A stretch of 64,000 nucleotides of DNA from Raillietiella orientalis (lineage: Eukaryota), in contig JAYWIR010000030.1 in assembly GCA_036172245.1 (NCBI GenBank), positions 1,054,001-1,118,000 of the forward strand, written 5' to 3'. The notes beneath the pieces are model-generated. The model saw only the letters and a program-made list of their open reading frames with translations, was not told the DNA's origin and ran no database searches. Positions within the stretch are counted from its first letter, which is position 1. Each line of letters opens with the position of its first letter. Of this stretch, positions 1-13,035 are shown in pieces. The translations under genes and the position numbers were made by a program.

Positions 1-269
1 ACCGTGCTCAATGCATAAGAAACGAAATCTCCATGAATACAAGAGACTTTTTCTTGAAAAAAAAAAAAAAAAGGAAGAAGGAAAAGAAGGTCCTTAACTT
101 CTCGCAGTGTACAAAACCATAGAACTGATTAATAAAAGAACGGTTCGTGACAGGCAAGGGCTGCAAACGCGTCAAAGTCTTGATGGTCGGAAAGACCTAT
201 GATAGCTGCAATCGAAATTCACCACCGAGCAATCAGGAGAACCTCATTCGCAAACGAACATGGAAAGGA

Positions 270-1000
270 GTCTCATCTGAGCTGGCTCACATAGGAAAAA
301 GAGCATCCGCCACTCCTTTTCGCCTCTGCTTGCATACTCTTTGATGAAGCGCTCCACGCGCGAGATGCAGATCGACGATCCCTCTGTATCGCGAGCTGTG
401 TTCCCGAATACACCTGCTCCGGGAGATCGGGACGTCCAAGCAGCGGGCGACTGCGGATGGCGTTTGGTTCCCAAGAACGCTCAACGAAGCGCGTTCTTCT
501 TGCGACACGCGGGTGGATGGAGCACGTGGGGTGAGAAGCCCGTGCACTGGCATCTCGCGATTTGCATCTGCCCCATCGAATTCTGTTCTTGGCAAAGAGC
601 TGGGAACGCACGAGGTGATCTGCCCAGGGGAGTGTACAGGCTCTGGAGCTCTGGATGAATTTCGCGTCTCTCTTTGGAGTCACGAGGTGGCTGGAGGGGC
701 CGCTGCTGCCGTTGAAACCTTCCTCGATGGAAGTTCCTTGAAGCAAAGGACGTGCTCTTCCGTTGCAAAGGGGAGGAAGGGAAGGAACTACTGCACAGAT
801 TGGGAATGACGGTCCTCGGGTGCTTTCTTCCTTCGCCTTTATGGCTCTTTGCTTGTGTTCGTAAAGCTGGAACAGAAGTTGACCGGTCTGGACGTGGTGA
901 TGGCTCGTTACTCCGGAGGGACCCGGAATCGAAGTGCTCGAGCATTCTGCCTGGAGGAGAAACGCAGCCTATTCTTTTCATTTTCCTTCCTGGGGTCCTT
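270..1000 (-). mobile_element. Possible BEL/Pao integrase N-terminal remnant
   Basis: ASARASHP..TRFV..GTQLAIQR resembles the HP..TxL..H..G..L zinc-binding region; weak. Confidence 0.25.
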
Positions 1001-1423
1001 CTTATGCGTACATATCTGGCAACCGACCGTGACAACCGACAACACAGGCGCGCAGCAACGCGGGCACAGAACGAGGAACCGCCAATTCCGAAATCAAGGA
1101 TGCGCTCCCCTGGCTTTAGAGGATGGTTTTGCTCCTCGAGCTGACCACTGCTCTCCTACGGATGCGCTTCGGAGCAGCTCGGTCTGAGCGGAAATGATGG
1201 AAAGCACGAGGACGCACGGAAGTTGGGGTTTCGGGAGCCATCTCTCCTGCGGCCCGCGGAGGGGGAGCGCTCGTTACCGAAGAAGGGTGCCGCTTCCCCG
1301 GGGCAGTTCTTTCTCCGGGCAGCACGCGCCGCTCTTCGCGCCGGGTCCGGAGAGCAGGGAGGGCTCGTTTCCCGGGAAACCTTCCGTGAATCCCGTGATG
1401 TGATCCGCCTCCTCCTTCCTAAG

Positions 1424-4400
1424 GACAACTTTTTCTACCACCCCTTCAACAAGATGATGTTCGCCCTCCTGGACAACAAATGGAAAGTCGCCAGGAAGAG
1501 CATCGTCACCGTGCTCACCCCGAGCAACGTGAAAAAGGTTAACTAAAGTCTTCCGTGCAACAGGGCGTCTATGAGCGGCCGGGGGGGAACGGCAGGCGTA
1601 TTCCCAGATCGACGAGTGCACCGACGCGCTCCTCGAGATGTGCGCCAAGCACTGCGGGGACGGGAGGGAGCTGGACATCCACGCCGCCATACAGCTGACG
1701 ATCCTGGACGTGCTGGGCAGGAACACCTTTGGCATCCCTCTCGGGAGCCAAGACACCCCAAATGTCAGTTCTCTGCGCGCTGAAAAAGCAAAAAAGAATT
1801 AGGGCTCAACTCCCGGGCGCTACATCAGGACCTCCTGAAGAACGTGCGTGCCTTCTTCGAGTACGGCACTCCCCTTTCCAACACGGCCATACACCTGCTC
1901 CCGGAGCTGAGCGTCCTGATATGGCCTTTCTTCCTCGTGAGCAGCTTGCAAAGGACGCTGAGGAGCGTGCTGCGCGCGTACAGGGTGGAAATGGAGAAGA
2001 GGAAGACGTGCGAGGTGAGCAGGGGACGGGGAAAGCCCGGACAATGGGGGAGGGTTCATCCTCGGGTCCAGGAGCGGCACGATTTCCTGCAAATCTTCCT
2101 GGAAACGATCAAGGCGACCCCCGAATGCCAGCGGTGCTTGACCGATGAGGAGATCTTCCTCAACGGGCTCACATTCTTGGTGGCCGGATACGAGACGACA
2201 ACGAACGCCCTGGGCTTTACGTTCTTCCTGCTAGCGAAGCACCAGGACGTGCAGGACAGAGTCCACGAGGAGATCCAGGATCTGATCGGAGAGGTGACGT
2301 CCGGGATGGGGGAAGGGAAAAAACGCACGGGGGAGATGCTCGCTCGTCTTCTTCCCTCAGAGGAAGATCGACTTCACAGACATCGTCAAGCTGCACTACT
2401 TGGACATGGTGTTCAAAGAATCCCTGAGGCTGTATCCTCCCTTCACGAAGTGAGTCGGGAATGCCTTTCTTTGGCTAGCAGCCCTTCTGAAGAATGAGTC
2501 TTGACCACGTGCGGTCGCGGTCGCCGGAGGATGACGTTCCCTTCAATATGCAAAACGGTCGTGACATCGTCATGCCAGTCATCCTTCTGTTCGTGACGAT
2601 ACGGGGGTGAAGAGGGTGACGGTGGTAGCGGTTAGGGTTACCTGCCTTGCGGGAGGCCTCCGGGATCCCAGTTGACCTTGGCCGCAAGAGAACGCTGGGT
2701 GGTAGTCGTGGCAACCGATTCATTCCGTGTCAGAGCGTGCTGGCCGACGGGTTCCGTTTCCCGGTCGGGAAGGATTTCTGGATTCCCATTGTCGCCGGTG
2801 TGACTGACGAGCCCGAGGGAAACAGGAGCAGAGCCTGGAATCGGATTCGAAACGCTCTCTGTTGAATGCAACGCTGCCTGCTTCCTTTGCGGGCTGGTAC
2901 TGAAGAATGTGGACGGATTGGGTCCGTTTTTTCCGCTTTTTCCCTTTGGTCTCGGAAGCAGTCCGCGAAGGTCGAAAAAATTCGACCGAAAAATCGTGCT
3001 TTCCAATCGCCTCGACCCATGCGGGTGGCAGCACTTGCGCTCTCTCCTGCTCTTTCGAGCATCCATGAGAGAACTCGAGGTCTCCTAAGGCCTTCCAAGA
3101 GACGCTGACATAACATCCACCGAACTCTTTCCTGGAACGTCCACCACACTCTGGATTGCACATTCCTCTGGCAAAAGACTCAAAAAAAAAAAAGAGAGAG
3201 AGAGAGAGAATGAGATGCGTTCTCGGAATCTCGGAGCCTCGAGTGTGAGTGGAACGAATTAAGCAACCCTCCCCCCCCCCACACACACACGCATCTTTGT
3301 CCTTCTGCCGGCCATCTTTATCACACCGCCTCAGACATCCCAGAGTTGAGTATTCCTTAAGTGCTTACGTCTTCCACCTCACAGAACTCTTCCGGAATTT
3401 CCGGAACTACTTCCGCCCTGGCGTCCACGTCTTTCTCAACCGTCGCTCTCCTTCTTGCTGCACTCGTTTGCTCCAGGGCTTCCAGCTTCTCCTCTGACGA
3501 AGCATCCTGCGTGTCCTCATCGTTGCGTCGTTGCAGCCCGCTCCACGCGTGCGTTTCCGCCGCCGCTGGGTGATTTACCGGAAGATGCCTTCCCGCTCTG
3601 CAGAGTGAGATGCTGCACCTCGGAAAGCCCCTCGCGGAGCCAGACGGGTTCCAAAGGTGCGGTGTCAGAAAAGGATCGCCTGGGGGAGGATCTTTTCTCT
3701 CCGAAACTCCTCGTGCCGCTCGCCTGCCACCGATTCCCGGATTCGCGAGCCTGCTTCCTCCCACGCGCGTTTGCTGCGATCTTCCCGGCTTTCCGACTTG
3801 CTTTACCACCGCTTCGGGACCGAGCCCAGCATCCTGGAAGCTGCCGAAGAGGACATTTTCCAGTGGGCAGAAGGCAGACTGCTTGCATACCCCCATGGCG
3901 ATTCAGAGGGCGTCCTGGGACCGCAGGAGCTTCCTCGAGACCCGCCCGAGGACCGTTCTTGTGCCGACAGAGGCGGAGGTTCCTCCCGAGGGCGGCAAGA
4001 AGCCTTCGAGTTTCCGACGTCTTGCCATTTCCGAATTTCCGGGAACGGACGGCGAGAACCCGCAAAGCTGCAGACTGCCTCCTTTGTCTTCACCACAAGA
4101 CTCGATCCTCACGTCAAGAATCGGCAGGGATTATTCTGGAAAAGACGGAAATCAGGAAGGTTCTCGTTCGGGCAGCTGTGCTGCTATCTCTCCTAGCGGG
4201 AAGCTATGAAATCACCTAGGAAGAATGTTCAATGACTTCCCTCTCCTTTGCCTCACTGGATTCTCCAGGAATCGGTCACCAGTTCGTCAGAGAGCTTCCC
4301 GCTGACGGTCGCTATTTGAACAGACGGATTGGACGTGTAGGTGCACTTCAAACGAGTGTACATCGGACGATGTTATTCACGCGGTGTACACCGAATGCAG

Positions 4401-7400
4401 TTCACGTGCTGTCACCTGAGACCCGAGCGCCCTTTGCGGGCAACCGGTTTGCTCTTCGCTCCACTGCCCGAGAGCATCCACAGAGAACACGCCCCGGCCA
4501 CGCAAACACGTTGCTACGCAAACCAGCGCTCCCCGTGCGCATAGCAGCGCATCCACGAAGTCTCAGCGTGTGTAAACAAAGTCACGGTACGCTCGCAGTC
4601 TGAAACTTGGAGATTTCTCTCACCCCTTGGTAAATCTGATGTACACTCATGCATGCACACGCGTGCGCACATCTGTATCTGTTCATCTAGATACATATAG
4701 ATGTATCGATATAGATAGATGAATATATAATCTATCTGTATTGATACATCTATATCTATATATCTATATAGATGAATATAGATGTAGACAGATATGGATG
4801 TAGACGAACAGATATCGATGCAGTAGACAAATATGGAATATAGGTATGGATGTGGGTAAACAGCTATAGATGTAGGTGGACAGATATGGATGCAGCAAAC
4901 AAATATGAATCAAGATAAATAGATATAGATACATCTGTATCTATCTATCTAGATGGATATAGGTTTAGACAGGTAGACAGATATGGATCTAGACGTATAG
5001 ATATAGATGGATACATCTATATCTATAGATATAGACATATATATCTATATCTATATCTACATAGATAGGTAGACAGAAACAGATGTGGATGAATACTGCT
5101 GCGATATGTGTGTCTGTTTCCAAATGCAAATCCTCATTCAGTATCTGAGGTGCGCGTCTCAAAAAAGAAAAAAAAAATACACATGGAACTCTTGAACTGT
5201 TTCTCTTTCAGTTTCATCACTCGTAAGCCGTCGGACACGTTTTGCGTTGGAGAATACGTCTTTCCGAAAGAATCTTCCCTTATAATCGACGTGTGGAGCA
5301 TCCACCGAGATCCTGAATATTGGAAAGATCCCAACGCTTTCTATCCGGATAGGTTAGAGTTTTCAACACTTTTAAATAGCAAAGATTGCTCGAGCTGAGG
5401 AAAGAGGAACCTCTCGTTGGTTCGTCGATGCCGCCCAGAGCGATTTTTACAATCTAAGCTTTCTAAAATTGAAAATCTAGAGCTGGAAGTCATGTCATCG
5501 TCTCGTTCAAAGTGCGGCGGCACATCACTTGATGCATGTGGTCATCCGGACTGCGGACGTCCTTCTGTATCTGAATCAAAGTACCGACCGTGGAAGCAGG
5601 CAAACGGAAGAAATGAGGATGGCAGCGACCTCACGGATTTCAGAGTGGCTCCTTCCGCGTGCGGGCGGGAGGAGACGCCACGTGCGTTTCACACGCGGTG
5701 CTGACTTGGACACACTGAGATGACTCCGCCAGCGGCAGCGCTCCATGGTGTTCTTGAACTCCAAGTCAGAGTCCGCCGCCGTTTCAGTGACGTCCTTCCG
5801 TCCGTTCCAAGGCAGAGCCTTCCTTTTGTTTTACGAGTCCGACGCGGACGGTCCGGCGGAACTCTCTTCAGGGAGAGTTTCGTGCATAGGGGCTCAGGAG
5901 ACACTGCCTTGGCGACTCTGAAGGCTCTCGGGAACGCGCGCGGAAGGTCACACCTCGGCGCTTTCCGCCATTTCTCCCTACGGGCCACAGAAACCCGTCC
6001 CTTCCTCCTCCTCTCCTCTGATCCTGCCGAGGGGAGCGGAGGGAAGTTAGGATGAGGGAGGGAGGGGCAAGAGTCAGTCTCAAGAGGTGACCCACGAAGA
6101 TGGCTGCCGCCTCTCCGCTCCTTGTGGCTCGGCGCTGAGACGTGAACCTCCGGACGTGGATCCTGGGATGCCGCGCTCCCGAAACCCGCGCTGCTCCCGC
6201 CGGCACCAACGGTCGTGACCTTGCAGGTTTTCCGAGGAAGCCGAGATTGTCGAAGGATCGTACCTGGCGTTCGGGAAGGGACCTCGCCAGTGTGTTGGCA
6301 TCAGCTACGCGAAGCTGCAGGCCAAGATGTGTCTGGCGAAGATCCTGCAGAAGTACAGCATCCACCTTTCCCCGAGACACGAGGTGAGATTCCCCGCCTC
6401 CTCCCGCGCGCGTGCCGCTCGCGAGCGCTCCGGAGCCTCGGCGTCCCTCAGGTTTGCCAGCCCGCGTGCCGCCGGGCTGCGTGGCGGGAAAGCGGAACGG
6501 GCCGCTTCGCTTCGCGCAAGCGTACCTGCTCTCGGGAGCCCGGGGAGGGAGCAAAGGGGAAGAATCCCCCCGCGGCTGATGGACTCCGCACTTCCGGAAC
6601 TAAAATCCCCCGGTTTCGAAGTGCCGTGGCGCGCATGCGATCGGGGCGGACGACGCTCGGGGTTCGCGAGCGCTTGGGGGCTGCCGGTCACGTGTTCCGT
6701 CTGCAGAAGGGATTGGCCTGCCGCGAAGATTCTCCGTCCGTTTTTCTTAAGGAAGACGCTCGACGAGACGCCTCGAGGACCAGCGACGTCGATCGGAAAG
6801 AGCCGCGGGGCTGCCTTTCTGCTCTACAGCGAAAGCGAGAGTTCCGCTTTGGGGGCAGCCCCTGGAGAGGCGACTCCGCCGCTGGACCATCGGCGTGTCT
6901 CCCAGGCGGCCTGCTCAGTTCCTGACCACAGCGGAACGCTCCTGCCGCGGTCGATGCGCGAGCAGGAGTCTGCCCCTGCTGCTTTGCGGGATGCTGCGCC
7001 GCGCGTTCTCGTGGCGCGAAACCGCAGGGCTTTCACCTTCGCTGGGGGGGGGGGGGATGCTCGCCCTTTCTGAAAGGAACAGACCTCCAAACCCAGTCGG
7101 ACCGTAGCCAAACGGCCACCAACGCGGGCCGCGTGGCTGCGATCTCCACGCGCGCAGCACCGAGCGTCGCGGGCTGGAATCCCCGCGTGGAGGATCGGGC
7201 CAAGAACGGGGCGCATCCTGCGTTTCGAGTTCCTCCCGCAAGATGACGCCGGTTGCCCTATTCGAATGAAGCACTAGTGGAAAGCCGGAAACCGGATGCC
7301 CTAGCTGACCTGCCTTTAGAGTCCTTCTAGGACTCAAGGAGTCTGTTCCCTTAGGGGGTTCCCTCCAGTTATGCGACTGGAGTGCCCTCCTCCCCCCTAG

Positions 7401-10400
7401 AGGGAAGACCCTTCATGGCGTACCATGGAGCTGGTGGATCGATGCCTCCCCAGAGTGTGAAGAAGCGCACTGCTCCCTTCGGGGAGCTCCATTCAGAGAA
7501 AATGGGGAGCGTCCCTTAGAGGTTCTCTTTACGGGAGAAAACAGGGAGCGCGAAGCCTTTCCGGAGGTCCCTCCAGAGAAGATATGAGAAGCGATCTCCT
7601 CCGGGGGGTCCCTTCGGAAAAAATAATGAAGATTCGGTTTCCTTCGAGATCCCCTACCAAAAGCAGGAGGAACAGACTCATTCCTCCGGAGTCTCCCTGG
7701 ATTCACAGGATGGTCCCTCCAGATTCACCCCCCATGAATTGAAGAGTCACACTCACCCTCTGGTGGGCTGGATGGTGTTAAAGAGCTTTATGAGCCCCCC
7801 CCCCCCCCCCCTTCCTCTTCCTAAGGAGACGAAGGAGGAGTTCTTCGGCACTCCTTGAGAACCCCAAAAAGAGCGAAATCCAACTTCGAAAGCGCGTCGG
7901 GGAGCGAGAGATGCAAGCAGGAGGAGGAAGGAGGCGGAAGAGTTGCCGATCTGCTGCAGACAATGATGCAAGATCTCTCCCCGATCATGTTCCGGCGAGT
8001 GCGCTCTCGAGCCGTGGCAGCTCTTGCGGACAAAGACACGCCCTGCGCGCGAGCGCGTCTTTGGTGAGACGTGCGCGTTCTTTGCCACCCTTTTTTCGGC
8101 ATCTTCCACAGAGGGTTGGGAATCTGCATCCCTCTCACACGTGCTGCTGCCTAAAGCCTCGAGTTCGAAACAGTTTACGATTATTCAAAACCTAAAGCGT
8201 TGGCCACATCGGTGAGCACCCTGGCTACGAGCTCGGTGAGTGTCGAACGAACCAGCAAGTCGGAGTTGGACAGCAGCCGACCTCGTCTTCTCTCCCTCCT
8301 CTTCTTTTTTCCCTCCTCCTTCCTCCTCCCCCTCTTCTCTTCTTCCTCTTCCCCTTCCTCCTCTTCTTCCCTCCTCCCTCCTCCCTTTCGTTTCACAGGA
8401 AAATTCCTCGAGTCTGGGTTGACGGAGGCGTGAGCTGGTTTTCGGGTTTCGAGCCAGAGGAAAGGAAGCGCGGACTCGAGAAGCTCCACGTTCGAGGGCT
8501 ACTTGGGAGCGAAGCAGCCACATGCGTCTTCTGCGAAGCCTCCTTCTCTTTCGTTTCCATTCCAGGTCGCGCAGCTTCTACGGGTGCGGAAGAGGGAGAA
8601 GCAGAAAGTTTTTCGCTTCCCCTTATCGGGCACAAAACGCTCTCCTTCGGACACCACAGAGATCGAGCTGCACGCTGCTTCGATACCTCGTTCCATCTTC
8701 CAGCAGAGCGAAGAGAGGAAGCCGGAGAAGGAAATCAGCACCTTAGAAGATCGCTTCCGTGCTCGCCTTGGCTCCCTCCCGCGCGCTTCTTCCACTTGCT
8801 CCATCTCGAGGTCGACTCCCGCAGCGCGAGACTCTCGGCCGTTCTCTTCGCGCAATCTGCTCGCGATGGGAACCGTTGCTCGGAGCTCCCGCTTCTGCGA
8901 CTTCCTCCTTCACAGGCTCAGGTCTTTCGCGGCTGCCCGGGGCTCCGCTGGTGGTCACACGAGACGCCTTTCGCTAAAGCACTCAGCCTCGCTCTGGCGA
9001 CCTTCCTTGCAGTTGTATGACTTCAGTCCCGTAGAGACGGCACCCTGGCAACGCGCTCTGGGTTCCGAGCCAGGGCCACACTGAGTTCTTCAGACTGCTA
9101 TCTGCAAGCACGGTGGTGACACGGTCTCTTTTTTATCGCGGAGGATCTGCCGATCGGTTCCAGGAGTGAAAGGATAGTGAAAAGAGGAGCAGGAAACCCA
9201 GCCGCCCTCAGCTCCCTTACCACCATTTGAACTGGGCTTCTGCGGCTGCCTCGAATGATGGTTCGAGGAGCTCTAGATAAGATTCTTTCACCGAGAACGC
9301 CTTGGTGCACTCGGAATGCCTGCGGCAAGATGGGTGAACTGAGACTTTCTTTTGGTCTGCGGCCATGGCACTGAACCTCCGGCAAGGGTAACGCCAATTC
9401 TCCAAGGGGATGCTCAGTTTTCGACTCCTCTTTCGCTTGACCGGGATACGAGAGCAGCATAGCTGATGTTCGAAAAATGTGCCAACCGAGCGCCAGGGAG
9501 AACAGCAGTGAGAACCGTGCGCGCAGGGATTTCGCCGCGTTTCCATGGAGATGAAAGCGCTGCGTCTCCCTATGATCAGATGAGCCGCTTGCACCTTGTG
9601 ACATGCTGGCCGCGGGATCATATCGTAGCCTCACCGGCCACCATCGTCCGTGGCGCCGTCACATCATCCAGTAATGACCGCTTTTTATTTTTTGCCTGTG
9701 GACTTAACGAAACGTCTGTGCTTTCGTGGTTGGTTCCGCACGCAGTAAGGGTCCCTGCTCGGTCGTCTGCGCTTTCGGAGCACCGGCCAAAGGTGCATTC
9801 GTTCGATCGGAAGCGCACCCTGGACCATGATCCTAGCCCTACGATGATGCGAGGACCCGCAATGATTCGCTTTTTTTTTTTGGTTCGGTCAGCGATGATA
9901 AGGCGCGATCCTCACGCTGCTGCTGGGACGTGTCGAGTCCGCCAGCTTCTCGCCGTTCGGCGTTTTCCAGCCCGGCGCCTGCGCAGAACCGGCCTCGCGC
10001 CACCGCAGTCCTTCCGAAGTTTTCCGAAGGGAGTCTGCCAGAGGGAGGCGAACGCCTTGCACGACGCAGCCTTCCCGTCCCGTAACGAAAGAGTCCACGG
10101 GTCACATAGTAAACCCGAGAGGTCTTGGGGCGTCGCTGGGATGCCTTAGCAGTCAACCACGGAAAAAGACAACTGACTACGGATAGGATCCGTAACGCAC
10201 GACGTGATTACGCGCGCATGTGCTATGATTTGGAAGTTGGAAGTGCTCTCTTCTGAACGGAATGCACATTTCCTGCTCACCGTCGCCTTCAGCCCCCGGT
10301 GAACTCGAGAGCACCCGCGCGCTCTTTTCGAAGACCATCCGCCACGTCCCCATTGAAACCGATGGGCCACTCGAAACGGGCGCAGCACGCTGGTAGAAGA

Positions 10401-10856
10401 GCAATGGCTAGGCTCCTGGCCCAGTTTCAAGTTTCCTTCCCACCTTCTCGCGATGTCCCCCGCTCGGCGAGAATCTCACCCTTCTCTGAAGTCTCATCTT
10501 TGGCCGCCCCTCCGCATCCCGAGAAACCTGGTCCGAAACGAAAACGAGTCTCTCTTTCGTTTTTCAAGAACGAGCTGAAAATACGGATGAAGTCCCTGAT
10601 GTCCATAGCGCCTCGAGAAGGAGTGTGGATAAAACTAAAGAGCCGAGAGGAGCTGCCGACTGGCTATCCCGGAAGCGGCTGCGTTCCGGACGTTCTTCGA
10701 GAAGCAGCAATCTCGCAAACCGTAAGTTCCGCCGCAGTCCTCCGGCGCGTTCGTTGTGCCAGAGCCGGATTCGTTGCCCGTGGTTACAAGCAGATTTTGA
10801 CAAGGGTTTTGGTTGCGTGTGGTCGCTATCATGCACGCAAGAGGGCCACCCACTGA
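1424..10856 (+). CDS. Cytochrome P450, clan 3-like (CYP3/CYP13-type), spliced, 5'-incomplete
   Basis: Manually spliced exons with GT-AG boundaries and consistent phase: 1424-1537, 1596-1763, 1829-2014, 2072-2293, 2361-2449, 5212-5352, 6227-6383, 10569-10856. Motifs: I-helix FLVAGYETTT, K-helix ESLRLYPP, PERF-like FYPDRF, heme ligand FGKGPRQCVG, C-terminal PREGVWIKL. N-terminal exons (membrane anchor, PPGP hinge) were not identified and probably lie upstream of the window. The last exon is less certain (AAG acceptor). Confidence 0.9.
3330..4150 (-). mobile_element. Possible BEL/Pao pol remnant inside a CYP intron
   Basis: TRTVLGRVS (TxLGWV-like) and ARRRATVEK..EEF..V (pre-RT region-like); weak. 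Confidence 0.3.
4230..4600 (+). mobile_element. PLE GIY-YIG endonuclease fragment
   Basis: ORF 4341-4544 reads KRVYIGRCYSRGVHRMQ, resembling YIGxTxRxLxxR of PLE endonucleases. Confidence 0.45.
4685..5095. repeat. Low-complexity TAGA/TATA-rich degenerate satellite
   Basis: Recurrent gtagacagatatggat-like units and (TA)/(GATA) runs, partly in both orientations. Confidence 0.8.
6450..9600 (-). mobile_element. Degenerate Penelope-like element within the last CYP intron, interrupted by a nested repeat
   Basis: Ordered degenerate motifs: SLLFSLALGWHIF, AMAADQKKVSV (ADKG-like), PAPLFTIL..KRP, VFVRKSCHGSR (VYRKxTH-like), SQGVP (NGYP-like), and a linker-like VFLKKNGRRIF. Confidence 0.5.
7100..7790 (+). 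repeat. Dispersed repeat copy A (related to 11570-12275; probable LINE 3' fragment)
   Basis: Shares collinear blocks with copy B: gaatcccc(g/a)cgtggaggatcgg, ggaaaccggat, gttcccttaggg, ggtccctcc, tcccttcgg. Confidence 0.65.
9700..10350 (+). mobile_element. PLE linker/endonuclease fragment, inverted relative to the adjacent relic
   Basis: Degenerate KVHSFDRKRTL (linker) and MIWKLEVLSSERN (endonuclease C-terminus-like) segments. Confidence 0.35.
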
Positions 10857-11229
10857 TGTCTCTTTTGTAGTTTCGCTCTTGGGGATGTTGACACGGAATC
10901 ACAGAAGCATGCTCACTTCCAGCAAAGAGTCCAAGCACTGCTGTGTTATTTATAGAAAAATTGGGACTGCAGGAAAGTGCGATTCCGGCAAAAACAAAGG
11001 CTCGAGTTAATGGCTGCGTAGTCCCTTCTGTTGCATGAACCACGAACGAATCCAGGTGTGCCGTTGACAGGAGTGCACAGGCGACAAGTGAAAGAAGAAC
11101 GGTGACATCCGAAAGGTTCCGGGGTCAAGATGAATCCTAGATTTCTACTCGACTTCACGAAAACACGCCCTCCCCCCCTATCGTCCCCATATCCAGACTC
11201 TCTCCCGTCTCACCTGACGTCGCAAAGTG

Positions 11230-11520
11230 ACTGTTCGGAGAAACGGGTGCGGATGAAGGATCCCATGTCCTGAATGCCACTCGAATCGTGTCCTGTTCAT
11301 CCCGATTTCCCGGGGACCGATTGCAGGGATCATCCTCGACCAGATCGAGGGAGTGTCGGAATTCTGGGAGTCGAAATAAAGAACAAGCACATGATGCAGT
11401 GTTTCAAGTGTTTGCTGAGCAATGCAAGGCATCAAGGCGAGGTGCGGCTGTGGCAGTTGCTGTCGGGACATCACCAGGAACACCTCTTTTTGTTGCGTGG
11501 CACAACGATCGGTGTCGCTG
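11230..11520 (+). mobile_element. BEL/Pao gag zinc-knuckle remnant
   Basis: CPECH...CP..F, then QCFKCL, then CGSC/HH across frames, matching the triple knuckle layout of BEL/Pao gag. Confidence 0.45.
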
Positions 11521-11569
11521 CAGTTTCCCACCCTCTCTCTCTCTCTCGGCAGTTTCCAGGATGCCCGAT

Positions 11570-12275
11570 TGCTCTTGCGAAGACACGCTCGCGTTGGCGG
11601 CCGCTCGACGGCGGTCCCTGCTCGTGGCACCAAGCATTGCAAATTCGAATCCCCACGTGGAGGATCGGTGCCGAGAATGGGGGGCGCGAAGTGGGGGGTT
11701 TCCAGGCCCCCCTACAGGATGAACGCTGGTTAGCCTGTTTGGGTGAGCCACTGGTAGAAGCTGGAAACCGGATACCCCCGCTTACTGGCCAGGATCGGAA
11801 ATCCACCCAGCGGGGCCCTTCCAGGAAGTAAGGAGATGGTTCCCTTAGGGATTCCATTCCCTGCTCCGTGCGGATTCTCTCCGGGTTCCCATTATGGAAA
11901 AAATGAGGAGTAACCCCCACAAACAGTAGGGTCCCTCCGGAGATGATAAGGAAGGGCTTCCTTTCGGGGCTCCCTTCGGGGTCCACAAGCAGGTGCGGAA
12001 ACGCGAATCCCTCCCTTATCTGCTTGTGGACTGTGTTACCCTATGGCCCACATAGGACCTATTCGGATGGACCTAGCCGGCATCCTGAAAAGGATTCAGA
12101 CTTCCTCTAGCGGACTATGATCCCCTCCCGATCCTCCAGAGTGTTCTTATTTATTTTTATTTTTGTTTTCTCCCCCTCCTCTGTCTAGGGAAACCCCGCC
12201 AGTCTGCGTACCGGCGACCCAGCAGGTTCATTGACAAGCGGAGTTTGGTAGGACCACGCGTCCTATAACAATTTA
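11570..12275 (+). repeat. Dispersed repeat copy B (related to 7100-7790 and, at its 3' end, to 12930-13000)
   Basis: Same collinear blocks as copy A; translation NPHVEDRCREWG is zf-RVT-like. Confidence 0.65.
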
Positions 12276-12419
12276 AGAGTGTAGATATAGACAGATAGAC
12301 AGATATGGATGCACCGCTAAATGGTCCGCCCGCTTAAGGAGGCGAACGGTTCCTCAGCATTTTGCGAACCAAAAAAAAAATCTGAAAGGAAAGCAGCGAA
12401 ATAGAAGAACCCCGAAGGA

Positions 12420-13035
12420 TTCCCATCATCCTAAGCCAGGAGTGTGGACGTTCAGAGTGAGGCAGGTGCAGGAAGAAGGAGGCTCTCCAGCATCTGCTGT
12501 TGGACTGTGCTCCGACCTCTTTGGGATCTCCTCGGGACGATTCTAGGTATCCCGGCGGGCGGCCCCAGGGATATTTTCGGACCCCTCTTCGCGCGTGCCG
12601 CCAGCCGCGTTCCTCCGAGTTTCCTCCTGTCTCCGCGCGATCATGGCGGCCCGGAACACCAGAAGTAGAGGCCGAAATGGCAGATAAGCTATCCATTGGG
12701 CGCGGATCTTCCTGAAGACCGCCTCGAGGTGGCCCCACCTGGGCTCTACACGGACGGAACTTGCCAGCATCAGGATGCTGGCAAGTTCCGTCAGGATGCA
12801 GAGGATCCCTGGCAAGTACCGTGATCCCCACCTTGATCACCCCCCCCCCCTTCTGTGTAAAATTTCCCCTCCCCCGTTTTGCCTGTGTTTTTTTGGCTTT
12901 TGTTTCCCCTGCCCCCATGCTGTCGAAGCGGACCTCGCCGGTCTGCGTACCGGTCAGGTTTGGCAGGTTCCAAGCACGTGGTAGAACCAACGGTTCCACC
13001 ACACCAATGTATTTCTATTACCTTATGTAATAAAT
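12420..13035 (+). mobile_element. 3' end of an L1/Tx1-like non-LTR retrotransposon
   Basis: CRKKEALQHLLLDC plus PLWDLLG resembles the zf-RVT CCHC domain. The segment ends in AATAAA (~13029). Its 3' part gcc(a/g)gtctgcgtaccgg also occurs at ~12199. Confidence 0.45.

Noticed and set aside
752..1420. 5' exons of the P450
   Set aside because: No membrane anchor plus proline hinge in a splice-compatible frame.
2804..2823. Hammerhead-like CTGACGA...GAAAC
   Set aside because: The stem II closing pair is missing and no stems I/III are evident.
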